Assembly: GCA_032718475.1 (NCBI GenBank)
Contig: JAUCBJ010008282.1
Span: 1-64,000, forward strand
DNA length: 64,000 nt
Direction: 5' to 3'
DNA from: Nemertoderma westbladi
Taxonomy: Eukaryota; Animalia; Xenacoelomorpha
Made by a program: the position numbers and the translations under genes. The notes beneath the pieces are model-generated. The model saw nothing but the letters and a program-made list of their open reading frames with translations. It was not told where the DNA came from and made no database searches. Positions 12,645 through 25,608 of this stretch are shown here, piece by piece. Numbering within the stretch: position 1 is the first letter of the stretch; each line of letters starts with the position of its first letter.

Positions 12645-12724
12645 GTAACTAAATCCGAGCTGCCGCCCTAGTTGAACATCAAGAACTGCAACCTAGCTAG
12701 CCGAATCATCAGCCACCAGACGAG

Positions 12725-14658
12725 ATGAGTGAATCGGGCGAGACACCGACGCGGACCCCGGACGAAGATCAAACGATCCGCGAGGCCGCGACCAAGCGAT
12801 ACAGGCCCACGACACCGGAGCCATCGATAACGGGCGAACCGGAAGTTGAGGATGAGGGGGGCCTGGAACCCGAAGTCGAGCTAAGAGAGAAAGAGAGCGA
12901 GATGGAGGGAGATGGAGATGAGTCGACACGGGACGGAGAACGGCGCGCCGATGTCGCCGGCCTGCTACCGGCCGAGGGCGACGGGCGACCCACCGAAACG
13001 GCGACGGTGGGGCCGACGGTGCGACGCCGGACGCAAAGAGACAGCGGAGAGATCGGTACCGATGTCGCCGGCCAGCTACAGGCCGAGGGCGACGGACGGC
13101 CCACCGGAACGGCGACGGTGGAGCCGCCGGTACGACGTCGAACCCGGAGGGACGGAGGAGAGGTCGGCGACGAGGACGTCGGGGTTTCAGAGCGACTTCG
13201 ACGGGCTTACATCGCGACCCGGAGACTACTAGAGAAGGCCAGAAAAGGGAAAACGGTAGACGAGGTGAGACTGAGAAAGCGACTAGGTGAGTCGGATAGA
13301 CACTTTAATTATCTTATACGTTTTGGGCAAAGAGAACTAGCCGAAACGAGAGCACGTGAAATTGCCGAGGAACTGTTTAAACTATGGGAATGTGGGAGTA
13401 TGGAACCTAGCATAGCGTCAGTGTACATAGGGCCATACTTGATCGATGCCCGGGGAGTAAAACCAGTGGGTTGGAGGGGACTCGAAGGGGGCGAATCCGA
13501 GGTTAACACCGAGGATTCGGCCTCGTCGGTCGGAGAAAGCTCCGGGAAGTGGGGGAAAGTTAGTAGGTCAGGAAGGCGGGGGAACTCCGTCGTAACCGAT
13601 AAGTCTGTTACATCTTCCGCGAAAGAAAGAGCGGTGAGAAAAATAGGTGCCGCATACCGTCTCAGCATGGCAGAGCAAGGTCACAGGGAAATGGGGAAAC
13701 GGCTAGAGGAGGGGAGAGAGCGGTTAGCGAGGGAAGCGGCATTGATTAGAGAAACCGGAGAGAAGGCCGAAAGGGCTTTGAAAAGCCTAAGGGAGTGTGA
13801 TGAGATAGAGGAAAGGGAGTGTAGGGAGCGTGAGGCGAGAGAGGAAAGGGAACGCGAGGAGCGTGAGGCGAGAGAGGAAAGGGAACGCAAGGAGCGTGAG
13901 GCGGAACGCAAGGAGCGTGAGGCGAGAGAGGAAAGGAAACGCGAGGAACGTGAGGCAAGGGAGGAAAGGGAACGCAAGGAGCGTGAGACGGAACGCAAGG
14001 AGTATGAAGCGAGAAGGGAAAAGGAACGCAAGGAGTATGAAGCGAGAAAGGAAAGGGAACGCAAGGAGCGCGAGGCGAGACGAAGGGAGAGCGCTAGGAG
14101 CATAGTAGAGTCGGCCAGTCGGGACACCCAGGAGTGTGAGAAGAGAATGATAGAGGCTGAAAGAGAGAACAAGAAAATAGAGAGACTGCAGAGCGAGTTT
14201 GCGGGAAGTGAGATTAGACGGGCGCACGAGTTGCAAGTCGTGCAAGCAACGCCGTCTGAAAGCGGGGCCCGCTCGAGTATTTTTGAGGACCCGGGGGTCA
14301 TAGATACATTTATTAATGCCCCACTGACAGGGACCGTACGACAGACCCAAAACTGGTGCGACCGTACGGGCCGGGGGGGGTAATGATAATAATGGTACAG
14401 TAGACGTTGTTAATATTGATAATACCGTATGGGACAACACTAATCAAACCTTTATTACAGGGAATGCTTTACATAGTGGTAGTAATTTAAATTTAAATCA
14501 GAACGCCCCTAGTATTAATGTAGGAAATAATTCTGATATTAATGTAGCTACGCAAAATAATTCAAATAATCAAAATAATAACCCGAATTCGAATCTACAA
14601 AATAATTTAAATAACGCAATTACGCAAAATAATTCGAATAATTTAAATAATGACCTAT
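12725..14658 (+). pseudogene. gag: Bel/Pao A gag N-terminal extension (R/E coiled-coil repeats, Asn-rich linker); poly-G frameshift near 14380; cut by an insertion at 14659
   Basis: 552-aa ORF, then an open Asn-rich frame to 14658 that rejoins 39243 as ..NNDLCPNLQNN.. Confidence 0.8.
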
Positions 14659-16195
14659 CACAGTGGGGCTTAACTTGGTTTTTGGCAAAGGTTGGACCCC
14701 GTTCATGAAAATAAGTTTTTTGAGCTTAGTTGGTCCCCTAATGTAAAAATTGACAAAAATTAAAATATTTCATGGGTGGCTTTTAATATTAATACTATTT
14801 AAGTAATTATTTAACACTAATCATATTACTAAATTTCAACTCTTACTCCCCCAAACATATTGACAGGTTTGTTTTGCTCCATTGGTGTCACATAGTACAA
14901 AAAATAAAAAAATTTAAAATTTCATGGGTGGCTTTTAATATAATGCTATTTAATTATTTATTTAATACTAAATATTATTACCTTTAACAAAGGATGTTAC
15001 CCCTTTCCTGAAAACAAGTTTTTTTGCTCTAATCATGTCTCGATGAATAAAATATAAAAAATTAGAAAGTTTTATGGGTGGCTTTTAATATAAATGCTAT
15101 TTAATTATTTATTTAATACTAAATATTATTACCTTTAACTAAGGATGTTTGTTACCCCATCCCATATATGAAAACAAGTTTGTTTGGTTCCAAGCATGTC
15201 TTGATGAATAAAATATAAAAAATTAGAAAGTTTTATGGGTGGCTTTTAATATAAATGCTATTTAATTATTTATTTAATACTAATTATTATTACCTTTACC
15301 TAAGGATGTTTGTTACCCCATCCCATACATGAAAACAAGTTTGTTTGGCTCCAAGCATGTCTTGATGAATAAAATATAAAAAATTAGAAATTTTCATGGG
15401 TGGCTTTTAATATAAATGCTATTTAATTATTTATTTAATACTAAATATTATTACATTTAACAAATGATGATTGGTACTCTTTCCCATACATGAAAACTAG
15501 TTTTTTGGTTTCAAACATGCCTTGATGAATAAAATATAAAAAATTAGAAAGTTTCCTGGGTGGCGTTTAATATTACAACTATTTTATTATTCAATTAATA
15601 CTAAATATTATTACTTATATATATTGATATAAATGTTGCCACTGTGCCACCCCTCCAGAATTGGCAGTGGCCCTTTGGCAACCTCTCAGCATATAAATGT
15701 GGCCCTATGGCAACATTAGTGGCATCTTGGCAACATGTTGCCTCTAGGCCCTGTGGCCCATTGACTGCTTTCGTATCTGACTGGCCCTAAGGTTGCTTTT
15801 TACAGTTACAACATATATCTGCGCTAACTGTGTGGCCTTGTGGCCCATTGGCCTCTTTGTATCAGAGTGGTCCTTAGGTTGTTTTTTACATTTATAATGT
15901 ACACCTTCTATGCAGACACATCTTTCCAATAATATGGGGTTTTCCGTACAACCACCACACACACCAGCTAGAGTATCATTTAATGAGATGGTAATAATAT
16001 ATCAGAATATTAGGGCTGTTGTCTTTGTAATTATTCTAATCTTGAAATATACTCCGATGGTTTTCGTAGACAAATTTTTCTACAATGCATAATTTTTACT
16101 GTGGGTTATAAACTCTAAAGGCAAGTTAAAGTAAGCAAGGAAGTTGTTAATAGTCTTTTAAAAAGTCGTTAATATTTCAATAAAGTATGTTAATA

Positions 16196-16490
16196 AGAGT
16201 GAGTGAATGTGTGATGAGCGAGTGAGTGGGTGAGTGAATGTGTGAGTGAGTGACTGAGTGAGTGGGTGAGTGAATGTTTGGGTGAGCGAGCGTGTGGGTT
16301 AGTGAATGTGTGATGAGCGAGTGAATGTGTGAGTGGGTGAGTGAGTGACTGAGTGAGTGGGTGAGTGAATGTTTGGGTGAGCGAGCGAGTGAGTGAATAA
16401 GTGGGTCAGTGAATGTATGTGTGGGTGAGTGAATGAATGAATGAGTGAATGTGTGAATGAATTAGAGAGTGACTGAGTGAGTGACTGATT
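16196..16490. repeat. (GAGT/GAAT)n-type degenerate microsatellite
   Basis: Direct read. Confidence 0.9.
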
Positions 16491-16696
16491 GATTGGTTTA
16501 TTGTCCATAACAATATAAATAAACTTAAACCGAAATAGGAATTGTGAAACACCATACACCAAAAGCCATGTATAGACCGGTTAAACATTAACCCTATTAA
16601 ACCCGGGGGGGGGGGGGGTCAATATGACCCCCCCCGTGGTTTTTTTTATTATAATTCTGAAACAAACGCAGTTGGGAATCTGAAATTTTATGACTT

Positions 16697-17886
16697 TGTT
16701 CGCGCTTTCAGACCTTTGGCAGTTTAACCCGCCAAATTAGGATGTCTTCTAGATAATAAATCGCTTTAGCCTCTAACAAGTATTTGATTCACTACACTAG
16801 TTGAAACCAATCTGTGCGCGATCATTCACCCGTTGGATATACCCGGGAGATTGACTTCGACGGCTTAATCGTATTGCTATGTAAGCCTAATGTATTATTC
16901 GACTGACAGTATTATATAATCTCTGACAATATTATTCACCTTCGGGGAATATTAACAGTTCCTTTAGGACGTGGCGCTCTATCTATATAAACAGAGTTAT
17001 GACTTAAACTACTCACAACGATATGGCTTAGTTACAATTCACATATATGGCGCATTCTTTAGGAAATGCTTCGTTATCAGTCTCACTCATACACAATGCT
17101 GCACAATACTGCACACTAATCTGCCGATCTTCACTGATTTTAGTCACATATAAAAGGAACACAGACCGACTCATGTAGGGTCTATCAAATAACATTAGAT
17201 TCACTTCAAACCACTTTAACATAAGTCGCAATCGTTATATGTAACCTTTCTCTCTTACCTTCGGTATATCAAGAATATTGGGTTTCGGGGTTATTTCTCG
17301 TTATTCCAAATATAATAATTCATCAACAAATATAATGAATAACCGACAGCAAAGCAGTAATGTTAAGTTAAGTTGCACAGTATGGGCCAGTTAACCAGTG
17401 TTAACCAGTGCAGATAACATTGAGTTACCCAGATAACGGATATATGTCCTTATAATTAAGCCTACTAGTGTAAGGCTAAAGCAGAAAAGCACAAAATACT
17501 CCAAAGCCGTTCTTCCTTGGCTCAGGACTGAATGATAACACTGCCCATAATGCATTACGTGATTTCTCGGAAATTTCTGTACAAGAGCCATAAAAATGCT
17601 CTGATTGGCTGACTGAACTAAGAGAGAACAAAGAAACAAAGAAATGTTCTACGTGGCAATATCAGCTGTTAGCCGTCGTCATGGTAGCGACACTGTTTTC
17701 AAGAGTATCCAGCTATTGCGTCACGAAATTACGGATTATGTCCTTTAAAGTACACATACAGAAGAAATGGCTTTTATGTCCTCTAAAACACCAGTACAGT
17801 AAGGACACGGCCTTTTTATGCCTGGTAAACCAACTACAGAGTACTTTACGGGAAAATAACCGGCTAATTACGCAAAAGCTTTTACA
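16697..17886 (-). repeat. 3' LTR of Bel/Pao B
   Basis: Matches 32890-34079. Confidence 0.97.
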
Positions 17887-20363
17887 CCGCTCCCAGAAAA
17901 TGGGATTTAAGTCTATAAAATATAACAAATCACAGTTTCTAAAATATAAAGATACTCTAAACAGTTAGTCTTTCTTACGCAGACGGCGTTTACGCAGTTT
18001 TTTGAGGCTAGCAAGAGTCTTTTTCTCTTTGGGGGGAGCCACTTTACTAGGAGGGCCATAACTCCTGGGTAAAGGGTGCAATACAATTGCATTAGAAGGT
18101 TTGGGTTTACGGTCGGAGCCTCGTCCATTTCGATATGCTTCTCCTCGAGCTGATTTTCCTCCGCTTGTCATGGGATACGTTCGTCCAAAACTCTCGCAGA
18201 GAATAGGGTTTTCTAAGCTTGATATCTTCTTAGAGATTCGAGATTTCCCAATCGAACTGAGATAAGGCCAATTCGTTTATCGATTGGACTTACTGTTATA
18301 ACTTACGTTTATCTGAACAAACGCAGGTTTCTTTTTTGATCTTTATAGAATAGCGTTTAACTCGTTTCGTACAACGCTCTCCTTCACCTTGATGAAGGGT
18401 TGTATCGCGTTAAACGGGGACGACCATACGGTGGGATAGTGATATTAGGTGTCCGCGTCACAATCCGGCTAGGTAAGATGGGCGGCTAGCTAGAAATCAC
18501 TGTCGGAGTGTTACCGATTAATTGTTAGGGTAGCACTAGATCTTTGAACAGTGAATACAGTCCGCGAGGATCCGCGACACCACCAGGATCGCAGGTCTGA
18601 GGTCCAACTAAGGAATGAGGAGGTTTGACCGAGTATTCCGGGACTCTGATCGTAGGTTTACTCCAGGATCGTTCGAGCCGAGTGAGCATAGGTGATACGT
18701 CAAACAAGTTTCGCTCGAAACTCCAGTAAATATAACGAGTACAACTGTGTTTAAAACAACGTTTCCGTGGATGTTTATGTCTTTCCGTTTATTGGCTGGG
18801 TCTAGGGCATTTATCGTAATAATACCAAAGACGCACGTCTGGTAGGGGAAACGCGGGTGATATTTATTTGTTGTTACAATGCTTCTATCAAGAATTCCAA
18901 ATATACGTTGGAGTTACCGCGTCCATTTGTTTCTTTAGTGTCTTTTCTTTCGAGTCGATTTCGAATAGAATTTTCGCATTCGAATTTCAGTTTATGGTTC
19001 CGACTCCGCTGGGCAGGATATATAGTCGACATAGTCCGTATTGTGTAAATCGATAGGATGACCAGTAGTTAAGAAGCCCATATACGTACCATTACGCTGC
19101 GTATATCGAGCAGCGAATTTTCTATAGTCCAACTCACGCGTGAGCTGCTCTTGGGACATTGGCGGTTCGATATAACGACCATCGTCCTCCGCAGCAGTTG
19201 GACCAGCGTCGCCGTGTATCAAGCTATCAACAAACGCTTGTAAAGGTAGAGTATATCGCTCCCTGATACCAAGATCATCTTCTATCAACTCAATCATATC
19301 TGCTATATAAATTTATCCATATTATAATGAGTTTATATTTAGGCGAGCGGGCGCCGCTGCCTACCCCAATCAGCCCCCAGACAGTGCGAGATCCTCAGCG
19401 CCGATGTGTCGTCGCCGCTGTACTTTCGCCAACGACGTAGCCGCACAACGACAACGACAACCGGCACAAGTCACTGACTGTCCGTCCCAAAGGCTTAGAT
19501 GCACCTCAGGTTCTTCCTTGGAGAGTTAGGGTTACTTTCACGATTGCGACTCGCTACTGTAAACACACCTTAGCAGTAACATTCGCCTATAAACTCACAA
19601 ATACCCACACAACTGGTCACAACTTACGCGCATTCGGGCCATTTGTCCGTTAGTCAATGCCTTCCAGAATGTCACTGTATTATTATGTATCCTTGGATAC
19701 TAGCAGTGCGCTATTTATTCCCTATGCTATTCAATGGGACAAGCTTTCTATTGTTCTTTTAACTCAATTCTAATTCTAGCGTGGTTGTTGCCATGGTGAC
19801 ATTATGCAAAGCTAGCGGTAGAATTAGAGTAATTCCCATGCATACAGATCTGGGATGTTATTTAATAGTAATTCTTTAATGGTCAATGTCCTGTTTTATA
19901 CATGACTTTATGAATTTTATCGGCTATTGACTATGTTTGGGAGACTTTCGCACACTCATACGCATGATAAGATAAATCTCCGCTCCCGTGATCTATTAAT
20001 TAATGGAATTTTGGGAATGTTATAAATTGCGTAAAAATGGCAATTTATTAAATTCATTAAAAGGCATGAATTTAAATTATTCCCTGAAATTTTATTATTT
20101 AATAATTAAATGGACATATTTTGATTCTAGAATATGTCTGGGGACACAAGATCCTTAATTCTATGACAATTGTCTTTTTAAGAATATCGGTAAATGCTAT
20201 GATATCTTAATTGACTAGAATTGTTGAAGGATCTGAATTTTACAGATTTTGATTTATTTGATTTGCAAATATTAAATAATTAATATTTGAGATGGGCATC
20301 AATTTATTCCAGAACTTAGTTTAATCAAGAAAAGCAATATTAACGAACAACTAAATAATCCCA

Positions 20364-20404
20364 TGGTACGTTTCGATATATTACAAAATAATCATCATCA
20401 GCCA
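20364..20404 (-). ncRNA. Minimal hammerhead ribozyme motif (inverted pLTR)
   Basis: Reverse complement of the motif at 22067-22107. Confidence 0.7.
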
Positions 20405-20633
20405 AATAAAATAACTTACTGACAGAAACTCAAAATTCAGCAATTATAACTATTTACTAAATACGCCTAAATGTGTACAACAGTTTATAAATTTTCAATT
20501 GAGTGACATGACAGGCTAGATAAAAGATACAGTAGAATATAATTTCATTGAGCGATTGCGTAGGGCTCCAATAAGTATAATTTTATGAAGCAGGTTAGAA
20601 AAGCGGGTAGAAATTAAAAGTGGGATATGTTTG

Positions 20634-21885
20634 CTAGAATAAGTATAGGGGGAAGGAAGTGCCTTGTACATTTAAAGTGGGCCTGTGTCTACCAATTAGC
20701 AAACTTTCTTTTATAAGTAGGTCGTAATTGCTAGATGCATGGGCAAGGGGGGTAAAGTCTTCCATTGAAAAGGGGTGATCAGCCAGTATTGCATGTTCCC
20801 GGACGGCCGAGTGTCTATGGGCCACAGATTTTCCGGTTCGAGGTGATAAACTCAGGTGCTCACAGATTCTGACCTTAAAATGTCTTTCGGTTTTACCGAT
20901 GTAAGTATCATCGCAGATACCACACTTGAATTTATATATGGTCAGTGACTGAGTGCACGAGGTAGTCTATCTTTGAAACGGAAAAAATTTCCAAGTCTGT
21001 TGGTTGGTTTAAATATAAACTTGAAATCGCACTGAGGATAAGCTCTAGACATAATTTTCAGACGTCTGAGTAAAATAGATGAGAACTCCCCGAGGTAGGG
21101 TAAACATACAAATACAGGTTTCCTATCAGCCTTTTGTTTGGGGGGTTTAGTGGGCCCGGCCAGCTTAACTGTGACCCAGCCTGTAATCCAACCTAGAGTG
21201 CTTCTAGGGTAACCATTAAGCACCAGAAAATTGTGTAATTTACCTATTTCTATATGAAACTTAGTCCAATTACTGCAGATCATAAATGATCGGTAAACCA
21301 GAGTTGATATTAGTGCGATCCTATATTTGAGAGGGATATGGCTATCAAATTGCGTAAACATACCAGTAAAAGTAGGTTTCCGATAAACAGAAGTGCAATA
21401 ACCTATACTGTGTCTAGTGACTAGGACATCTAGAAACGCCAGAGATTTATTGGACTCATATTCGACGGTAAATTGAATGCACCGGTGTTGAGCATTGAGG
21501 TAGTTGAGAAATTTATCGCAGTGGTCCTTGTCCCTAAAGAGAAGGAACGAGTCGTCCACATAACGCTGATAAAACCGTGGTTTTATGTCGTTCGGGCAAT
21601 TACGTAGCCAGATTTCTTCGTGGTGGCAGAGAAAGGCATTTGCAAAAGTCGGTCCTATAGGGCTACCCATTGCAACGCCATCTATTTGGACATATTTCTG
21701 GCCGTTGAAAATAAATTCAATGTTCTTACCGGCACATTCTAGAAGTTTCTTATACTGTCGTCGAGTTAAGCCATCCACGAGTTCAGTGTCACTGTACAAC
21801 TTGGAAAGTACAATGGATATAGTTTCATCCACTGGGACATTAGTGAATAAACTTTTAATGTCGAAACTAGCCATAAATAAATTAT
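20634..21885 (-). pseudogene. Inverted 3' part of the Penelope RT/GIY-YIG ORF, 1-bp deletion near 20947
   Basis: Near-identical to about 23368-24620. Confidence 0.93.
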
Positions 21886-22066
21886 TGTATACTGTACTGT
21901 ATTGTACTGTACTGTACTGTATTGTACTGTATTGTCTACTGTATCTTTTATCTAGCCTGTCATGTCACTCAATTGAAAATTTATAAACTGTTGTACACAT
22001 TTAGGAGTATTTAGTAAATAGTTATAATTGCTGAATTTTGAGTTTCTGTCAGTAAGTTATTTTATT

Positions 22067-22107
22067 TGGCTGATGATGATTATTTTGTAATATATCGAAA
22101 CGTACCA
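22067..22107 (+). ncRNA. Minimal hammerhead ribozyme motif (5' pLTR)
   Basis: TGG-CTGATGA-T-GAT..ATC-GAAA-C-GTA-CCA: core boxes, stems I and II, palindromic minimal stem III typical of Penelope-like elements. Confidence 0.72.
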
Positions 22108-24620
22108 TGGGATTATTTAGTTGTTCGTTAATATTGCTTTTCTTGATTAAACTACGTTACCCAACTGGAACCTCAGTCACTTCAATATTCAACAAGCGAT
22201 ACTCCAGTGATAATTTACGGTCGTTCCGTACCTACGAGAAAGCCGCATGGAAGCTACATAAAATCCAACTAGATCTTAACTTTCTGATTGACTGTTGTGA
22301 CGCTGGACTTACTCCCCATTTCCTTAGGTTTAAGACACCTAATCATGTTCTCCTTGGTAGTCCCGAGTATAGAGAATGTCAGTGAAAACTACTCCTCGCA
22401 GAGATCTCGAACAAACGGCGACTGGTTAAACGCATGCAAATGCAAGTGGACCGCCTCCGGGGTGGCCTACAAGTCACATTATCGGTATTCGACTTCGCTT
22501 TCGTTATCCGTGAAAGCGAAGGTTGTCTACAGAATCGATTATCAAAACAAGAAGAAATACACTCGCGCAAACAATCCCGGCTTAACGAAGAGAATTGCCT
22601 TAATAAACTAAACCCTAACTCGGTCATCTTTAACCTCTCCTCCCGCGTTTTAACAACAGACGAGGAGTCTCTTCTCTGTAAAGGTCTACGATTTGCAACG
22701 ACACCGGAAAAAATCGACTATGCAGATTATCTCATACCATTTGAGAAACTCTTCCGGGGTCTCCGAGGGATGAAGATCAATAACGAGGGTGGGATGACAA
22801 GGGAATTAATTAGGAATCGCCTACGAGATACAGCCTTATCTACTCTCTACGGGTTTAACTCTAGACGATTTACCTCAAACTTAACTAAGAATGAACGTGC
22901 CTCCCTGAAATCATTAGCCTCAGATAAATCTATTGTAATTTTACGACCGGATAAAGGTACTGGTGTAGTTATTCTAGATAAAGTTGTTTATATAGACAAG
23001 GTTATGGCCATCTTAAGCGACTCTAGTAAATTTAAAGTCGTCACATCTAATGACTGGTTAGTTGACGCACTGAGGACAGAAGATAAGCTACGTGCATTGC
23101 TGAACAAACTGAAACCAGTGTGGAAAATCTCTAAAGTGGACTTAGAAAATTTATACCCTGTGGGTTCACACCCCGGGATTATGTATGGGTTACCGAAAAT
23201 TCACAAATATGGTTGCCCCACACGCCCTATTTTGTCAGCAATCGGTACACCATCGTACAATTTAGCAAAGTATTTAGTGGACAAACTCCAGCCGTACACC
23301 ACAAATGATTACGCAGTTAGAGATACTTTCACATTTGTGAAAGAAATTACTAACTTACGAAACTTAGATAATTTATTTATGGCTAGTTTCGACATTAAAA
23401 GTTTATTCACTAATGTCCCAGTGGATGAAACTATATCCATTGTACTTTCCAAGTTGTACAGTGACACTGAACTCGTGGATGGCTTAACTCGACGACAGTA
23501 TAAGAAACTTCTAGAATGTGCCGGTAAGAACATTGAATTTATTTTCAACGGCCAGAAATATGTCCAAATAGATGGCGTTGCAATGGGTAGCCCTATAGGA
23601 CCGACTTTTGCAAATGCCTTTCTCTGCCACCACGAAGAAATCTGGCTACGTAATTGCCCGAACGACATAAAACCACGGTTTTATCGGCGTTATGTGGACG
23701 ACTCGTTCCTTCTCTTTAGGGACAAGGACCACTGCGATAAATTTCTCAACTACCTCAATGCTCAACACCGGTGCATTCAATTTACCGTCGAATATGAGTC
23801 CAATAAATCTCTGGCGTTTCTAGATGTCCTAGTCACTAGACACAGTATAGGTTATTGCACTTCTGTTTATCGGAAACCTACTTTTACTGGTATGTTTACG
23901 CAATTTGATAGCCATATCCCTCTCAAATATAGGATCGCACTAATATCAACTCTGGTTTACCGATCATTTATGATCTGCAGTAATTGGACTAAGTTTCATA
24001 TAGAAATAGGTAAATTACACAATTTTCTGGTGCTTAATGGTTACCCTAGAAGCACTCTAGGTTGGATTACAGGCTGGGTCACAGTTAAGCTGGCCGGGCC
24101 CACTAAACCCCCCAAACAAAAGGCTGATAAGAAACCTGTATTTGTATGTTTACCCTACCTCGGGGAGTTCTCATCTATTTTACTCAGACGTCTGAAAATT
24201 ATGTCTAGAGCTTATCCTCAGTGCGATTTCAAGTTTATATTTAAACCAACCAACAGACTTGGAAATTTTTTCCGTTTCAAAGATAGACTACCTCGTGCAC
24301 TCAGTCCACTGACCATATATAAATTCAAGTGTGGTATCTGCGATGATACTTACATCGGTAAAACCGAAAGACATTTTAAGGTCAGAATCTGTGAGCACCT
24401 GAGTTTATCACCTCGAACCGGAAAATCTGTGGCCCATAGACACTCGGCCGTCCGGGAACATGCAATACTGGCTGATCACCCCTTTTCAATGGAAGACTTT
24501 ACCCCCCTTGCCCATGCATCTAGCAATTACGACCTACTTATAAAAGAAAGTTTGCTAATTGGTAGACACAGGCCCACTTTAAATGTACAAGGCACTTCCT
24601 TCCCCCTATACTTATTCTAG
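22107..24620 (+). pseudogene. Penelope RT plus GIY-YIG endonuclease; one in-frame TGA at 22383-22385, then a 728-aa open part
   Basis: PDKG, YGLPKIHK, SFDIKSLFTNVP, GVAMGSP, RYVDD, FLD, IYKFKC..C..YIGKT.R; 22107..22385 and 22434..24620 share a frame. Confidence 0.93.
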
Positions 24621-24849
24621 CAAACATATCCCACTTTTAATTTCTACCCGCTTTTCTAACCTGCTTCATAAAATTATACTTATTGGAGCCCTACGCAATC
24701 GCTCAATGAAATTATATTCTACTGTATCTTTTATCTAGCCTGTCATGTCACTCAATTGAAAATTTATAAACTGTTGTACACATTTAGGCGTATTTAGTAA
24801 ATAGTTATAATTGCTGAATTTTGAGTTTCTGTCAGTAAGTTATTTTATT

Positions 24850-24890
24850 TGGCTGATGATGATTATTTTGTAATATATCGAAACGTACCA
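24850..24890 (+). ncRNA. Minimal hammerhead ribozyme motif (3' pLTR)
   Basis: Same sequence as 22067-22107. Confidence 0.72.
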
Positions 24891-25608
24891 TGGGATTATT
24901 TAGTTGTTCGTTAATATTGCTTTTCTTGATTAAACTACGTTACCCAACTGGAACCTCAGTCACTTCAATATTCCAGAACTTGTCTGGGGACGTTAACCAC
25001 TGATTCTAAAATTTGTCTTTCAAGTATATCGGTGGGTGCCGCGATATCTTAATCGACTAGAATTGCAGATGGTCAAAGGGTTTAACAGATTTATTTTGCG
25101 TTATACGCTACTGTTAAAGGGACATCACGCTACTATATGTATTATTTAATATACGGTATGAGAGCAATATCGCACGAAGCAATGTCAGTATGAAGAGGCA
25201 AGTCGTTTCCAAGGTCTACCCAGAGCTTGGTTTAGCCGAGACACGAGGATCTGAACTTTGCATTCCTAATACTCTGCCTACCAATAATACTTGAATATAG
25301 TAGTGGCTTTATTGTACTTTAATAAGTACGGACATTTCATCTTACTGTAGTTACGTATTTGTAATGTAATACGGACAGTAAGGAAGGAGGAAAAGAATTA
25401 TTTCTCGCCGTCGCACTAAATATAATATAAGTAATTACGTACGCAATAAACACGAATATATTGCACTATTCTACTAAATAATCGCTAAATAAGATTCTAC
25501 TAAATTAAATAAAACGATTATAATAAAATTACATAGTAATACATACATAAATATAAAAATACTAAAATAATATAAAATAATAGAGTCACACACCCACTCC
25601 ATATGTTG

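Larger units (their letters stand above)
20318..24968 (+). mobile_element. Penelope-like element (GIY-YIG type) with an inverted partial copy at its 5' side
   Basis: pLTRs about 21936-22189 and 24719-24973; inverted 3' copy 20318-21885; flanking duplication TATTCCAGAACTT (20305-20317, 24969-24981). Confidence 0.93.

Noticed and set aside
14373-14383. Programmed frameshifts at poly-G runs (also near 39590)
   Set aside because: Homopolymer slippage or sequencing error is simpler
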